A DNA stretch of 64,000 nucleotides from Candidatus Woesearchaeota archaeon (GCA_016185705.1 JACPMZ010000007.1:107157-171156), one strand, 5' to 3'. Positions 9,230 through 19,379 are shown, numbered from the stretch's first letter. Notes: generated by a model from the sequence alone, not told the origin. Numbers and translations: made by a program.

Positions 9230-9505
9230 ATGGAAACGCTGTCAGTCAGGTTTGAGGAAGACTTCATTCACGATATGGAAAAAGTCATGAAGGTGCATAG
9301 GTATGCAACTAAGGCGGAGTTTGTACGTGAAGCGGTCAGGGAGAGAATTAAGGATTTAGAGAAAGAAGCAGCGCTGCTGAGATTAGAAAAAGCTTACGGC
9401 GCTGGAGCAAAAAGAGGCAGGCAAACTACTGATGAAAAGCTTCATAGAGCTGGGGAAGAAGCTGTGAGAGAAATTGCAAAGAGACTTGGTGTGGAGTCAG
9501 AGTAA
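9230..9505 (+). CDS. Ribbon-helix-helix (CopG-like) DNA-binding protein
   Basis: METLSVRFEEDFIHDMEK N-terminal beta-strand pattern followed by two helices; direct repeats TTACAATG just upstream. Confidence 0.5.
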   Translation: METLSVRFEEDFIHDMEKVMKVHRYATKAEFVREAVRERIKDLEKEAALLRLEKAYGAGAKRGRQTTDEKLHRAGEEAVREIAKRLGVESE

Positions 9506-10077
9506 TTCTTCTGGTTTCTTTGCTTCTGTGATGTCTTTGAGTTTATCAAAGTGCGGCGTCGTTGAAAAGTTGCCTTCACCGCTGCTTTTATTCTGCCTGT
9601 CCTGATTTTCCCCTCCCTTGCTATTTAAGGGAGGGGAAAATCAGTAAGCAAGCCAGCAAAACAACCTGCGCACATGAACTTTTCAATATCGCCTGAGAAA
9701 TAGCTGTGCAAACCACCAAAATTATATATCACTGCACATTCACAACGGCAAGGACACCGGTACGTTGGCAGAGCAGCACCGCGGCTCCTTTCGGGGAGTA
9801 GGCAGCTTTGCCCGCACCGTCCAAACATCACTGCCGTCAGCTTATTTGAGTTCTCTTCATGCCTGCTTTATTTCTCCCTTAACCTTGCAGTATCTCCGCA
9901 ACTGGCGTTTTTCCTGCGCAGTTCGGAGAAAACCAAGAGCTGCTGCAGGCAGAGGTGCTGTAAAAAGCAAGTGACGGGAAAGCGGGCATGGTGAAGGCAT
10001 AGAGGCAGCACACGCAAAACTTTAAATATAGCTGAATACAGTTTCTACTGCAATCATTTGGGGCAAAGAGGTGCAAC

Positions 10078-10383
10078 ATGTCTGGGAAAAAGAGGCCTAG
10101 TGAGCTACATGTAAGGATGGTTATTGAGTACTCGCGCATGAACCGCGAGAAGTCGCTGCTTGTTCTGGACAAGTCGCTGCTCATGTATTTTTCCTTTTTG
10201 TTTGTTGGAGTCGTGGGATTTGTAACTGGCTATTTTGATGAAAACTTCCTGAACGTCATGGTAATTCTGAGCTTTGGCGTGCTCGCAGTCGGCATCATCC
10301 CATACCTGGTAACGATGCACAAGGAAGAGAAGCGCATAAAAACGCTTATTAAGAAGTATGGGTTTGGAAAGGAGGAAGCATGA
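10078..10383 (+). CDS. Small membrane protein (2 TM helices)
   Basis: Hydrophobic segments; stop overlaps start of downstream pilin-like gene (ATGA). Confidence 0.4.
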   Translation: MSGKKRPSELHVRMVIEYSRMNREKSLLVLDKSLLMYFSFLFVGVVGFVTGYFDENFLNVMVILSFGVLAVGIIPYLVTMHKEEKRIKTLIKKYGFGKEEA

Positions 10384-10895
10384 GGGGGCTGGATAAGCGC
10401 GGCATCTCACCGCTGATAGCAACTATTCTGCTGATTGCATTTGCAGTTGCCCTGGGAGCTGTCATAATCAACTGGGGCCGCGGGGTAGTGGAGGAAAGAA
10501 ACGCGCAGCATGAGCAGGAGCTTCGCACCAATTGCGCGACTTTTATCCGGCTCCAGGCAAGCAGCATCAATGGCGATTCACAAATCTGCGCTGGCGGCTC
10601 AGGAAGCAGCGGTTATGTTGAGTTCAGTCTCGATAACAAAGGCAATAAAAAGGTGAACGAGCTAAGCCTGCTGCTCGGAGGCAAAAAAAGCGTTTACCAG
10701 ATTGTCAGCCTTGATAACTCAGCCATAATACCCGGCGGCGCATTGCTGAAAAAAATCCCCTACAACATTGATGAGTATGGAGAGCTGCAGTATGTGCGTT
10801 TCGTTCCAAAACTGGATATAGCAGGGGAAAGCACGACGTGCGCAAGCGCAACGCTGCAAATAAACACAGCCCAGATAAGGAGCTGCGAACAGTAA
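10380..10895 (+). CDS. Archaeal type IV pilin-like protein (class III signal peptide)
   Basis: KRG|ISPLIATILLIAFAVALGAVI matches the archaeal prepilin signal cleaved by A24 peptidases. Confidence 0.6.
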   Translation: MRGLDKRGISPLIATILLIAFAVALGAVIINWGRGVVEERNAQHEQELRTNCATFIRLQASSINGDSQICAGGSGSSGYVEFSLDNKGNKKVNELSLLLGGKKSVYQIVSLDNSAIIPGGALLKKIPYNIDEYGELQYVRFVPKLDIAGESTTCASATLQINTAQIRSCEQ

Positions 10896-10899
10896 GAGC

Positions 10900-11250
10900 T
10901 TATTCTTTCTTTGTTCCAGAATTAACCGTTTCAACAATCTTTTTCATGTTGTCATCAGATATGCTTATGACATAGCCCTGCAGTATTGCCTTGAGCTCAT
11001 CAACTGTCCTCGGCTGCATCTCAGCCATCTTGAATATGAACTCGTCCTTCATGCGGGGCACGTTGAGCTTCCTGATGGCGTCTATCAGCGATTTTTCCTT
11101 TGCCGCCTGCATAATAGGGACAGAATTAAGGTAGTCTTCCATCTTGGTAACGCGCACACTTGGCTCCTCGCTGCGCTTCTTAATCTTTTCAATCTCCGCC
11201 TTAAGCTCATTAAGCGAAACAGGCGTTTGATCAATTATTTTTGGTTCCAT
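10900..11250 (-). CDS. rpoF: DNA-directed RNA polymerase subunit F (Rpo4/RpoF)
   Basis: About 116 aa helical protein immediately downstream of rpl21e (conserved archaeal L21e-RpoF gene order); sequence pattern consistent with RpoF. Confidence 0.6.
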   Translation of the reverse strand: MEPKIIDQTPVSLNELKAEIEKIKKRSEEPSVRVTKMEDYLNSVPIMQAAKEKSLIDAIRKLNVPRMKDEFIFKMAEMQPRTVDELKAILQGYVISISDDNMKKIVETVNSGTKKE

Positions 11251-11536
11251 ACAGCCTCACCAGATGAACAGCGTTCACAACGATAATTTTGTCCTTGTTC
11301 CCGTCTCTTATCCTTACGTCGCAGTGGTTTGAACGGACAGCCATTACGCGCCCAGTCTTTCCGTGGAAGCGGCGGTGGTAAAGGCCTTTATGAATGTTTG
11401 GAGCTGCTCTCAATGCCACAGCATCCCCTATGCTGAACTGCTGGAAATATCTTGTTAAAGAAAGCTTCCCTTTCATCTTCTTGGGAACGCTAAAAATGCT
11501 CCTCGTTTTAGTGCGGCCAGTTCCAATATTCTTAAC
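11231..11536 (-). CDS. rpl21e: 50S ribosomal protein L21e
   Basis: MVKNIGTGRTKTRS ... HKGLYHRRFHGKTGRV signature of L21e; start placed at the internal Met. Confidence 0.85.
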   Translation of the reverse strand, partial: VKNIGTGRTKTRSIFSVPKKMKGKLSLTRYFQQFSIGDAVALRAAPNIHKGLYHRRFHGKTGRVMAVRSNHCDVRIRDGNKDKIIVVNAVHLVRLYGTKNN

Positions 11537-11584
11537 CATGCAAAAAGACAAAAAGAAGTATTATAAAAAGCTTGCTATCCTGCT

Positions 11585-11688
11585 CTGATTTTTTTCTCCA
11601 CCCCTTGAAAAATAAGGGGGGAGAAAAAAATCAGCCAAGCAGGCATCGGCAAGCTCAGGATTGCAGGACACACAACTTGACATTACCC
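11585..11688. mobile_element. Repeat element family B, copy 2 (lacks 5' 30 nt)
   Basis: About 95% identical to 6421-6522. Confidence 0.6.
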
Positions 11689-11915
11689 TATCCTGCCGGT
11701 ATCCGCGCAGGTAACTTGCCCGCCTGCAGCCACGCCCTGTTTCCTCGTGTTATTACTTTGCGCTGCTTTTTTCCACACCATAATACAGTAGCCCTGCATG
11801 CGCATGCTCTTGTTTTCTGCCAAAGATGGCAGTTATTGACAAGGGAAGTAGAGCGTTGAAGGAAAAAATAGTCCGGTTGCCGAGACACTGCTTGCGGCTC
11901 TCGCATGAAAAGCGC

Positions 11916-12392
11916 CTATCTTCTTCTCCGTCTCCCGGATTTCCTTTGAATCTTCCGCGATCTAAGCGCTTTCCGGAGTTTCCTGCGCTTCAGCCTTGAC
12001 CTTCGCTGCCTTCTGCGCAGCTTGCCGGACTTCCTGCGCTCAAGCAATGCACGGTGCTTCTTGACAACCTTGCGCAGTTCGTTAACCCGCTCTGTGATCT
12101 TTCTCACTAAAGTTTCCTTAGTCTTAACGCGGGCAATTTCCCTGGCTAATTCCTTGTCGCCAACCTCATCCCTAATCCAAACCTCAAAGTCATTCCTATC
12201 GCGATTCACATGATAACGGAAGGTGTCATCATCCACCTCCTCCAGCACCTTAGCCAGCGAGAACAAATTCCTGAGGTTGTCGTTTGTACAGAGCCAGAAC
12301 GGAATAGAAACCTTGCCTAAAATTCGCCGAGCATCTGAATATTGCACTGGTCTTTTCATCGTCAAAAAATCACTTTCATGACGACGAACCAT
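11916..12392 (-). CDS. Hypothetical protein with extremely basic Arg/Lys-rich C-terminal tail
   Basis: 158 aa; N-terminal globular part (FRYHVNRDRNDFEVWIRDEV), C-terminal 60 aa about 60% R/K. Confidence 0.5.
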   Translation of the reverse strand: MVRRHESDFLTMKRPVQYSDARRILGKVSIPFWLCTNDNLRNLFSLAKVLEEVDDDTFRYHVNRDRNDFEVWIRDEVGDKELAREIARVKTKETLVRKITERVNELRKVVKKHRALLERRKSGKLRRRQRRSRLKRRKLRKALRSRKIQRKSGRRRRR

Positions 12393-12684
12393 TCCATATA
12401 TAAATAACTTTCTTTACAACTAAATGGTGGTTGCATAAGCTTTTAAAGAGCATGCGGGCGGCGCTGCAAATGTCATTGCCCGCGTTCTCCGGCTGACTTT
12501 AAGCTTCACTTCTGCAGGCGCTTCCTTTTTTCCATCCCTTAAATTGCGAGGGAGGAAAAAAGGAAGCGCGAAGAAAAGCAGTCGCGATGTGAGCGGCAGT
12601 CCTATATACTATATATGCTATCAAATCAGCTATAAAACCTTTATAATAAAGCTTAAATAGGCAGACTGCTCAGATGACAATTTG

Positions 12685-12834
12685 ATGGTTCTGGATTTTG
12701 TAAGCGCCGGACTTGAAAGCTATTTGCAGAAGTGTGCAGGCTGCAGCGCCATACTCAACTACGGCACCAACACCAAATTTGACGAAAAGCTCGTGGCGCA
12801 CATATGCACCAGCTGCGGGCAGGTGCTGAGGTAG
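12685..12834 (+). CDS. Small zinc-ribbon protein (49 aa, CxxC...CxxC)
   Basis: MVLDFVSAGLESYLQKCAGCSAILNYGTNTKFDEKLVAHICTSCGQVLR; below the ORF-track cut-off. Confidence 0.35.
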   Translation: MVLDFVSAGLESYLQKCAGCSAILNYGTNTKFDEKLVAHICTSCGQVLR

Positions 12835-12965
12835 AGCTGGTTTCAGCCCACTTTCCTAATCCGTTTTGTCTTACTGAGAGCAAAGTTCCATTATTCTAAA
12901 TAGCGCCACTCGCCACTGGACATGGGTGCGTAAGGATTATAAATAACTTAATATAAGGAGGTATC

Positions 12966-14255
12966 ATGCCAGAATTTATGAGTGTTATCCCAGTAACCAT
13001 TAAGGAAATGCAACGAGATTCTACATGGGACTTTGCTACTGCTGATACTAAGGAATTTACTCATTGCTTCCATTCTTATCCTGCCATGATGATTCCACAA
13101 GTTGCTAGAAAAATGCTGAAAATTTATGGGAAACAGGATAGCTCACTCATTGACCCTTTTATGGGTAGCGGCTCGGTTCTTGTTGAAGGGATGCTACACG
13201 AACCTATCACTAGCGCTTATGGATTAGATATAAATCCTTTGGCTATTTTAATAGCAAAAACTAAAACTACACCAATCAAACCGCAACTTTTGGAAAACAC
13301 GTTTTCTAAAATTTTGTCTGAATTTGATAAAAAAAAGAACACTGATCTTGGTTTCTATAATCTAACTAACATTAAATACTGGTTTAAAGAGCAAGCTATT
13401 AATGACTTATCCAGACTTAAAAGTTCAATTGATGAGGTAGATAACGGCAAGATTAAAAATTTCTTTCTGGTTTGTTTTTCAGAAACAACTCGTAAAGTAT
13501 CAAATACCCGTCCAGGTGAATTCAAGCTATACCGGATTAATGAAAAGAAGTTAGCCAATTATTTGCCAAATACCCTTGAGGTATTTACCCATGTTGTTAA
13601 GCGCAATATCAAAGGTATGCACTCATTTTATAGCGCATTCAACTATTTAGACAAAAAAACTGCCATAAATATTTACAAGGAAGACAGCCGAACAAAGACG
13701 TCAATCCCTTCGGAATCTTGTGACATTTTGGTGACTTCACCACCATACGGAGATTCAAGAACCACTGTAGCTTATGGGCAGTACAGCAGATTAAGCTCGC
13801 AATTATTGGGATATTCTTATGACGAAATAAGGCGGGTGGACCAGAACGGTTTAGGAGGAAAGCGCTCATATAAAGAAAACAATCTTGATTCGCCGCACCT
13901 GCAATCTGCATTGGATAAAATATCTGCGGCTGATGAAATTCGTGCTTTAGATGTGCTTGCTTTTTATGAAGATTTCAATAAGTGCATAACCGAAATAGAT
14001 CGTATTATGAAACCTAATTCACATCTTTGTTTTGTTGTCGGCAACAGAACTGTCAAAGGAGTAAAAATCCTAACTAACGCCATAATCGCAGAATTGTTTG
14101 AGTCTAGAGAAAACTATTCTCATTTGAAAACGATAATCAGAAAAATACCAAATAAGAAAATGCCTAAAATCAATAGTCCAACTAACGTAAAAGGCGTTAC
14201 AGGGCAAACAATGGATGAAGAATACCTCCTAATTCTTAAAAAGCTTAATTGCTAA
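12966..14255 (+). CDS. DNA methyltransferase of a type II R-M system, probably N4-cytosine-specific (motif I DPFMGSGS, motif IV TSPPYGD)
   Basis: FxGxG before SPPY with about 170 aa between them (alpha-class order); strong SD TAAGGAGGT; low-GC island. Confidence 0.8.
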   Translation: MPEFMSVIPVTIKEMQRDSTWDFATADTKEFTHCFHSYPAMMIPQVARKMLKIYGKQDSSLIDPFMGSGSVLVEGMLHEPITSAYGLDINPLAILIAKTKTTPIKPQLLENTFSKILSEFDKKKNTDLGFYNLTNIKYWFKEQAINDLSRLKSSIDEVDNGKIKNFFLVCFSETTRKVSNTRPGEFKLYRINEKKLANYLPNTLEVFTHVVKRNIKGMHSFYSAFNYLDKKTAINIYKEDSRTKTSIPSESCDILVTSPPYGDSRTTVAYGQYSRLSSQLLGYSYDEIRRVDQNGLGGKRSYKENNLDSPHLQSALDKISAADEIRALDVLAFYEDFNKCITEIDRIMKPNSHLCFVVGNRTVKGVKILTNAIIAELFESRENYSHLKTIIRKIPNKKMPKINSPTNVKGVTGQTMDEEYLLILKKLNC

Positions 14256-14537
14256 GACGGGCTGTGTTGAAAACCTCGCTTCCAGTAACTTTGCCAGTCC
14301 GCTGCCTTTTCATCTTCCCCTAATTTTTAAGGGGAGATGAAAAGGCAGCGGTTGAAAATGTAAGAATCGTGGAAGCGATATGTCACATTTTCAACAGAGT
14401 CTGATAAGACGGTACTTACTCAACTGAACTTTTATCCTCAGCGCATATATCCACCCTCCCTTAACTTTCGTAGGGAGGAGGAAATAGAGCGCAGTTGTGA
14501 GCAAGCGAAGTTGAGCAATGCAGGTACTATAAGAAAA

Positions 14538-15245
14538 CTACATTATCTGTTTTCTATGGCTGAAGCATAATTCCAACTTATCTGGAAGCACTCTAAATGC
14601 GGTGCCGTGATCGTGCGTTCTTCCGTTAGAATACTGGCCAATTCTGATATCAACCATTATTGTCCCTTCTTTCAGAAGGTTTAAAAAATTTTCAAAATCA
14701 AAGCCATTCAATAGCCAAGTTTCGTTAAACCAAAACATCTCTTGTTTACCGTCCCCGTTTACATCTGCTTTTACGTACATCAGTCTTGGAAGCTTTCGCT
14801 CAAAAGATTCTCTTAAAGTATTTTTGTCCCAATAACCAAATGATTTCCCATCTGGCGTCACTAGCTCTATTTTGTTGGTACTAATTTTAATCTTAAATCC
14901 TGGTTTGCCTTTCAAATTATTGAAATCAACAGCATTTACTGTTGAATGCAACTTCTTTTTGTTATTGCCTTTTGCAGATGGATAACCAAATTGTTTCAGC
15001 AACAAAGAATTAGCCTTTGGCGGCAAGGGAGATTTTGTAAACAGAGTAAGCAAGCTCTTAGTGTGCTTCCTAGTAGACTTAAGCTCAAGCATTAGACCAT
15101 TTGGGCCAGGCACATTATTTTCCTTTATTTTCAGTTCATCCTCCAAAGTTTTTCCAATACCAGTATTTCCAGCTCTATGCGTCTTAATATATCCCAAATC
15201 TTTAAGTCGCTTCAAATCCTGCACAAGCGCAGCATAACCGATCAT
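14538..15245 (-). CDS. Type II restriction endonuclease, MvaI/BcnI-like (from-memory resemblance)
   Basis: Convergent partner of the MTase; segments GNTGIGKTLEDELKIKENNV, LLTLFTKSP, HDHGTAFRV resemble BcnI/MvaI as recalled. Confidence 0.5.
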   Translation of the reverse strand: MIGYAALVQDLKRLKDLGYIKTHRAGNTGIGKTLEDELKIKENNVPGPNGLMLELKSTRKHTKSLLTLFTKSPLPPKANSLLLKQFGYPSAKGNNKKKLHSTVNAVDFNNLKGKPGFKIKISTNKIELVTPDGKSFGYWDKNTLRESFERKLPRLMYVKADVNGDGKQEMFWFNETWLLNGFDFENFLNLLKEGTIMVDIRIGQYSNGRTHDHGTAFRVLPDKLELCFSHRKQIM

Positions 15246-15518
15246 TTACTTCTAAAAATAAGAGTTCTAAATTTAAAGTTTCTGGTTTTTAATTGTATTT
15301 CCGTTTAAATCCATTTCCAAATATTTAGCCAAAATATAGTTAGGGACATAAATATCCTATCCGCATATTTCCAGTGTCCAGTGGTTTGTATAGAATATAT
15401 AGAGAAAAGTTAATATATATTTGTCCGTATTCGTTGACAACAAAAGAGGTGGGGCTTAAAACTAGCCTAAGATCCTCTTTTGGCTGGTTCTCTACCCCGC
15501 CTTTTTTGGAGGTAAAAA

Positions 15519-15656
15519 ATGGAAATGGGTCTAGTGGGATTTGGAGTTATTTCCCTACTTTTGGGTATTGGGGGAACATTAAGAGTTGGCTTTGGAGGTT
15601 TGGTTGTTGGTGGAACATTAGGAGGTGTTCTTATCGTTTTAGGCTATATATTATGA
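15519..15656 (+). CDS. Small Gly-zipper hydrophobic peptide (45 aa)
   Basis: GGAGGT SD 7 nt upstream; MEMGLVGFGVISLLLGIGGTLRVGFGGLVVGGTLGGVLIVLGYIL; more plausible than the overlapping 99-aa track ORF. Confidence 0.35.
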   Translation: MEMGLVGFGVISLLLGIGGTLRVGFGGLVVGGTLGGVLIVLGYIL

Positions 15657-15680
15657 GGGAAGGAGATGTTTGACCAAATG

Positions 15681-16193
15681 TCATACTGTTAGCGCTTTGG
15701 CAAATGCTCCCAGCAGGTTGTCATCGTTGTTCTGATACTCATATTCAACATTGCTTCCTATAAGCCAGGGCTTTACCTTGATTACCTTTCCGGCTTCGGC
15801 AAAAGCTTCAGGCTTGTCATCAATAGCAATAACGTGGGCAAGGGGCACGTTTGAGTCTTCAGCAACTTTCCTAAGGCTCTTCTTCCCTTCCATAAGATCC
15901 TCATGACCGTAAACCCTTGCAAACTCGCTATCCAGACCGAGCAGCTTAAGCTTCTTGTTTGTTATCTCCTTGCTCACAACCGAAAACGCCACCAGCCTGA
16001 AGTGCTTTCTGGCTTCTGCCACAAATTCCTGAAGCCTCGGCCGGGGAGCTAAGTAATACTCGTTCACAACTCCCGGAAACGTGACAGTATCGCCTTCAAA
16101 ATCCAGATAATTCTTTCTGAACCTTTTCAGAAAAAAAAGAGGCTCAAGACTAAGCATAGTTTCGTCAACGTCAACAACCAACACCTTCATCAT
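15681..16193 (-). CDS. HAD-superfamily phosphatase, NIF/FCP1-like
   Basis: DxDxT motif VVDVDETML near N-terminus. Confidence 0.6.
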   Translation of the reverse strand: MMKVLVVDVDETMLSLEPLFFLKRFRKNYLDFEGDTVTFPGVVNEYYLAPRPRLQEFVAEARKHFRLVAFSVVSKEITNKKLKLLGLDSEFARVYGHEDLMEGKKSLRKVAEDSNVPLAHVIAIDDKPEAFAEAGKVIKVKPWLIGSNVEYEYQNNDDNLLGAFAKALTV

Positions 16194-16295
16194 GCCCCTA
16201 TCGTTATGCAGAGGTATTTAAAGTTTTGTCCACTCCAAACACCCGATAACTTATACGTAAACATAACAAACTATTTAAACAATTCTTCAGCGCCT

Positions 16296-19200
16296 ATGCG
16301 TATGGCTGAGTTTCCACGCGAATACGATTTCAAAAAGATAGAGGAAGAGATGTCTGCTTTCTGGGATGCTGAAAAAATAGCTGAGGAAACGATAAAGCTG
16401 GATGAAAGCAGGCCGCTGTTTTCTTTCCTTGAGGGGCCGCCGACTGCCAATGCGCCTCCGGGGCTGCATCACGTGCAGAGCAGGTTTTACAAGGATTTGG
16501 TGTGCAGGTTCAACTACATGAAAGGGTTTTCTGTGCCGCGGAAGGGCGGGTGGGACTGCCACGGGCTGCCTGTTGAAGTGCAGGTTGAGAAAAAGCTCGG
16601 GCTGAAGACAAAAAAGGATGTTCTGAACTACGGAATAGGAAATTTCAATGAGCTGTGCAGGAAAGACGTTTTTACGTTCATCAAGGATTGGGACAAATTA
16701 ACAAAGCGGATGGCGTTCTGGATTGACATTGAAAACCCTTATGTTACGCTTACAAATGAATACATTGAAAGCGTATGGTGGAGTCTTAAGGAGCTGTACG
16801 GCAAAAAGCTGCTGTACGAGGACCACAAGGTTGTTCCTTACTGCCCGAGATGCGAGACGCCATTAAGCAGCCATGAAGTTGCATTGGGTTATAATGACGT
16901 AACAGAGGACACAATAACTACAAAATTCAAGCTTAAAGATGAAGACAGGTATTTGCTTGCCTGGACTACAACGCCGTGGACTACGCCGAGCAACATAGGG
17001 CTTGCTGTGGGGAAAGATATTGTTTACGTCGTTGTTGAGAAAGAGGGGGTTCAGTACATTCTTGCAAAGGCTGCCGCTGAACGATACTTTACAGAGCCGG
17101 TTATAATTCAGGAGATGGCAGGCGATGAGCTGGTTGGAAAAGAATATGTTCCGCTATTTGACTATTTTGTCGGAAAGCTGGACAAGCCTGCGTGGAGAAT
17201 AGTGGCAGCAGACTACGTTAACACAGAAGAAGGAACAGGCGTCGTGCACCAGGCGCCAGCATTTGGAGAGGAAGATTATGAAACAATAAAAAAGGAAGGG
17301 ATGGCTTTCGTGCAGCCAGTGGACCAAAGCGGCAGGTTCACGAAAGAGGTAAGCGATTTTGAAGGAATGTTTGTGAAGGACGCTGACCCTGAAATTATTG
17401 CAATGCTTGAGAAAAACAACGCGCTTTTCAGTAAAGAAAAGTACACGCACAGCTATCCGTTCTGCTGGCGATGCGACACGCCGCTGCTGTACTATGCGCT
17501 GAAGTCGTGGTTTGTGAAGGTAACTGCAGCCAAGGAACGGCTTATTGAGCTCAATCAGCAGATAAAATGGTATCCTGAGCACATAAGGGACGGCAGGTTT
17601 GGCGAATGGCTGCGAAACGTCAAAGACTGGGCACTAAGCAGGAACAAGTTCTGGGGAACGCCGCTGCCAATATGGAAATGCAGCTGCGGGAAAACTACAG
17701 CGATTGGCAGCAGGGAAGAGCTTGAGGCAGCGTCTGAACGGGATATAAAGGAGCTTGACCTCCATAAGCCGGCTATTGATGAAATAACCATTGACTGCAG
17801 CTGCGGAAAGAAAATGAATCGCGTTCCTTATGTTATTGACACGTGGTATGACTCGGGAGCTGCAGCCTTTGCGCAACTGCATTATCCGTTTGAGAACAAG
17901 GCGCTGTTCAGAAAACTTTTTCCGTACTCATTCATCACAGAGTCTATTGACCAGACCCGCGGCTGGTTTTACACGCTGCATGCACTGGGAACGCTGCTGT
18001 TTGACACATATGCGTACAAATCAGTCGTTGTCGGAGGCCTGCTTGTTGATGAGAAAGGCGAGAAGATGAGCAAAAGCAAAGGCAACACCCTAAACCCGTT
18101 TGATGTTTTTGATAAAATTGGCGTAGATGCTGTGCGGCTGCAGCTGTGCAGCAGCTCTCCGGATAACACAAAGCGCTTTGGGTATGAGCTTGTCAAGGAA
18201 AATGTTTTTCCATTCATGACAACGCTTTGGAACGTGTGCGTTTTCGCCAACAACCGTGCGGGCAGCGAAGGCGTAACAAAACTAAGGGCAGAAGACAAAT
18301 GGCTTATTTCCAGGACGAACACTTTGCTGCAAAAATTCACGCAGGAATTCGAGGCAAACAACTACCACCGCTGCTATGAGGAGCTCAAGTGGTTTGTGGT
18401 AGAGGACTTATCAAGGTGGTATATACGGCTTGTCAGAGAGAGAACTGACGATGCAGTGAGCGACACGCTGAGTTATGCGATTGGAATAATTGCAAAGCTG
18501 CTGGCCCCGTATGCGCCGTACATGGCCGAATACATCTACCTCAAACTGGTGCGGGATGAGGCGAAGAGCGTGCACCACTGCGCATGGCCGCAGGTGGAGA
18601 AAATTGACGCTGACCTGGAGAAAAAAATGAGCACTGCAAGGGCAATAGGCCAAGCCATACTGTCATTAAGGGAAAAAATAAACCGCGGGATAAGATGGCC
18701 CATCAAGCAGGCGGTGATAGCCGCCGAGGACCAGCTGGCAGGCGAAGTGATTGCACAGCTGGGACCTCTAATCGTCCATCAGACCAATGTCAAGAAGCTG
18801 ACTGTGCAGAAAGAATTCACAGAGGCAAAAGTGAAAATCAAGCCGGACTACGCAAAGCTCGGCCCTGTCTACGGAGAGGCAACGCCGAAAATAATCGCGC
18901 ATTTTACAATGAAAGGCCACGATGCGATACTGAAAAGATTAGCTGAGGACGGACACTACGATATGGGCATAGACGGCAAACAGTACAGGCTTGAACGCGA
19001 CCACTTTATTTTCACAACAGAGCTTCCTGACAAGTACGACTCTGCGGATTTCGGCATGGGAGCCGTATACATAGACAAGGAGCTGACTCCGGAAATGGAA
19101 GCAGAAGGGCTTTCCAGAGAGCTCATCCGGCTGATACAGCAGTCCAGAAAAGAAAAAAGCCTGGAAAAAACAGACGCGGTCAGCATCATCGTGAGAGCTG

Positions 19201-19379
19201 ACCCCGAAACAAAGCAAAAACTGCAGCCCCACTGCCTCCAAATAAAAAGCAGGGTAGGAGCGAAGCAGCTGGAAATAACCGATGCACCGCAGGAAAGCGC
19301 AAATCTTGAGTTAGTCAAGGTTCATACGATAAGAAACAGGAAGTTTGAGGTATTTTTCGCAAAAACTACTTTTTTGTGA
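16296..19379 (+). CDS. ileS: Isoleucine--tRNA ligase
   Basis: Class I aaRS HIGH-type region (GLHHVQS), KMSKS motif, editing domain; about 1030 aa. Confidence 0.95.
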   Translation: MRMAEFPREYDFKKIEEEMSAFWDAEKIAEETIKLDESRPLFSFLEGPPTANAPPGLHHVQSRFYKDLVCRFNYMKGFSVPRKGGWDCHGLPVEVQVEKKLGLKTKKDVLNYGIGNFNELCRKDVFTFIKDWDKLTKRMAFWIDIENPYVTLTNEYIESVWWSLKELYGKKLLYEDHKVVPYCPRCETPLSSHEVALGYNDVTEDTITTKFKLKDEDRYLLAWTTTPWTTPSNIGLAVGKDIVYVVVEKEGVQYILAKAAAERYFTEPVIIQEMAGDELVGKEYVPLFDYFVGKLDKPAWRIVAADYVNTEEGTGVVHQAPAFGEEDYETIKKEGMAFVQPVDQSGRFTKEVSDFEGMFVKDADPEIIAMLEKNNALFSKEKYTHSYPFCWRCDTPLLYYALKSWFVKVTAAKERLIELNQQIKWYPEHIRDGRFGEWLRNVKDWALSRNKFWGTPLPIWKCSCGKTTAIGSREELEAASERDIKELDLHKPAIDEITIDCSCGKKMNRVPYVIDTWYDSGAAAFAQLHYPFENKALFRKLFPYSFITESIDQTRGWFYTLHALGTLLFDTYAYKSVVVGGLLVDEKGEKMSKSKGNTLNPFDVFDKIGVDAVRLQLCSSSPDNTKRFGYELVKENVFPFMTTLWNVCVFANNRAGSEGVTKLRAEDKWLISRTNTLLQKFTQEFEANNYHRCYEELKWFVVEDLSRWYIRLVRERTDDAVSDTLSYAIGIIAKLLAPYAPYMAEYIYLKLVRDEAKSVHHCAWPQVEKIDADLEKKMSTARAIGQAILSLREKINRGIRWPIKQAVIAAEDQLAGEVIAQLGPLIVHQTNVKKLTVQKEFTEAKVKIKPDYAKLGPVYGEATPKIIAHFTMKGHDAILKRLAEDGHYDMGIDGKQYRLERDHFIFTTELPDKYDSADFGMGAVYIDKELTPEMEAEGLSRELIRLIQQSRKEKSLEKTDAVSIIVRADPETKQKLQPHCLQIKSRVGAKQLEITDAPQESANLELVKVHTIRNRKFEVFFAKTTFL

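Noticed and set aside
15374-15673. 99-aa track ORF after the restriction endonuclease gene
   Set aside because: Its translation is Trp/Arg-rich and it has no RBS. The internal 45-aa ORF with a strong SD in another frame is more credible.
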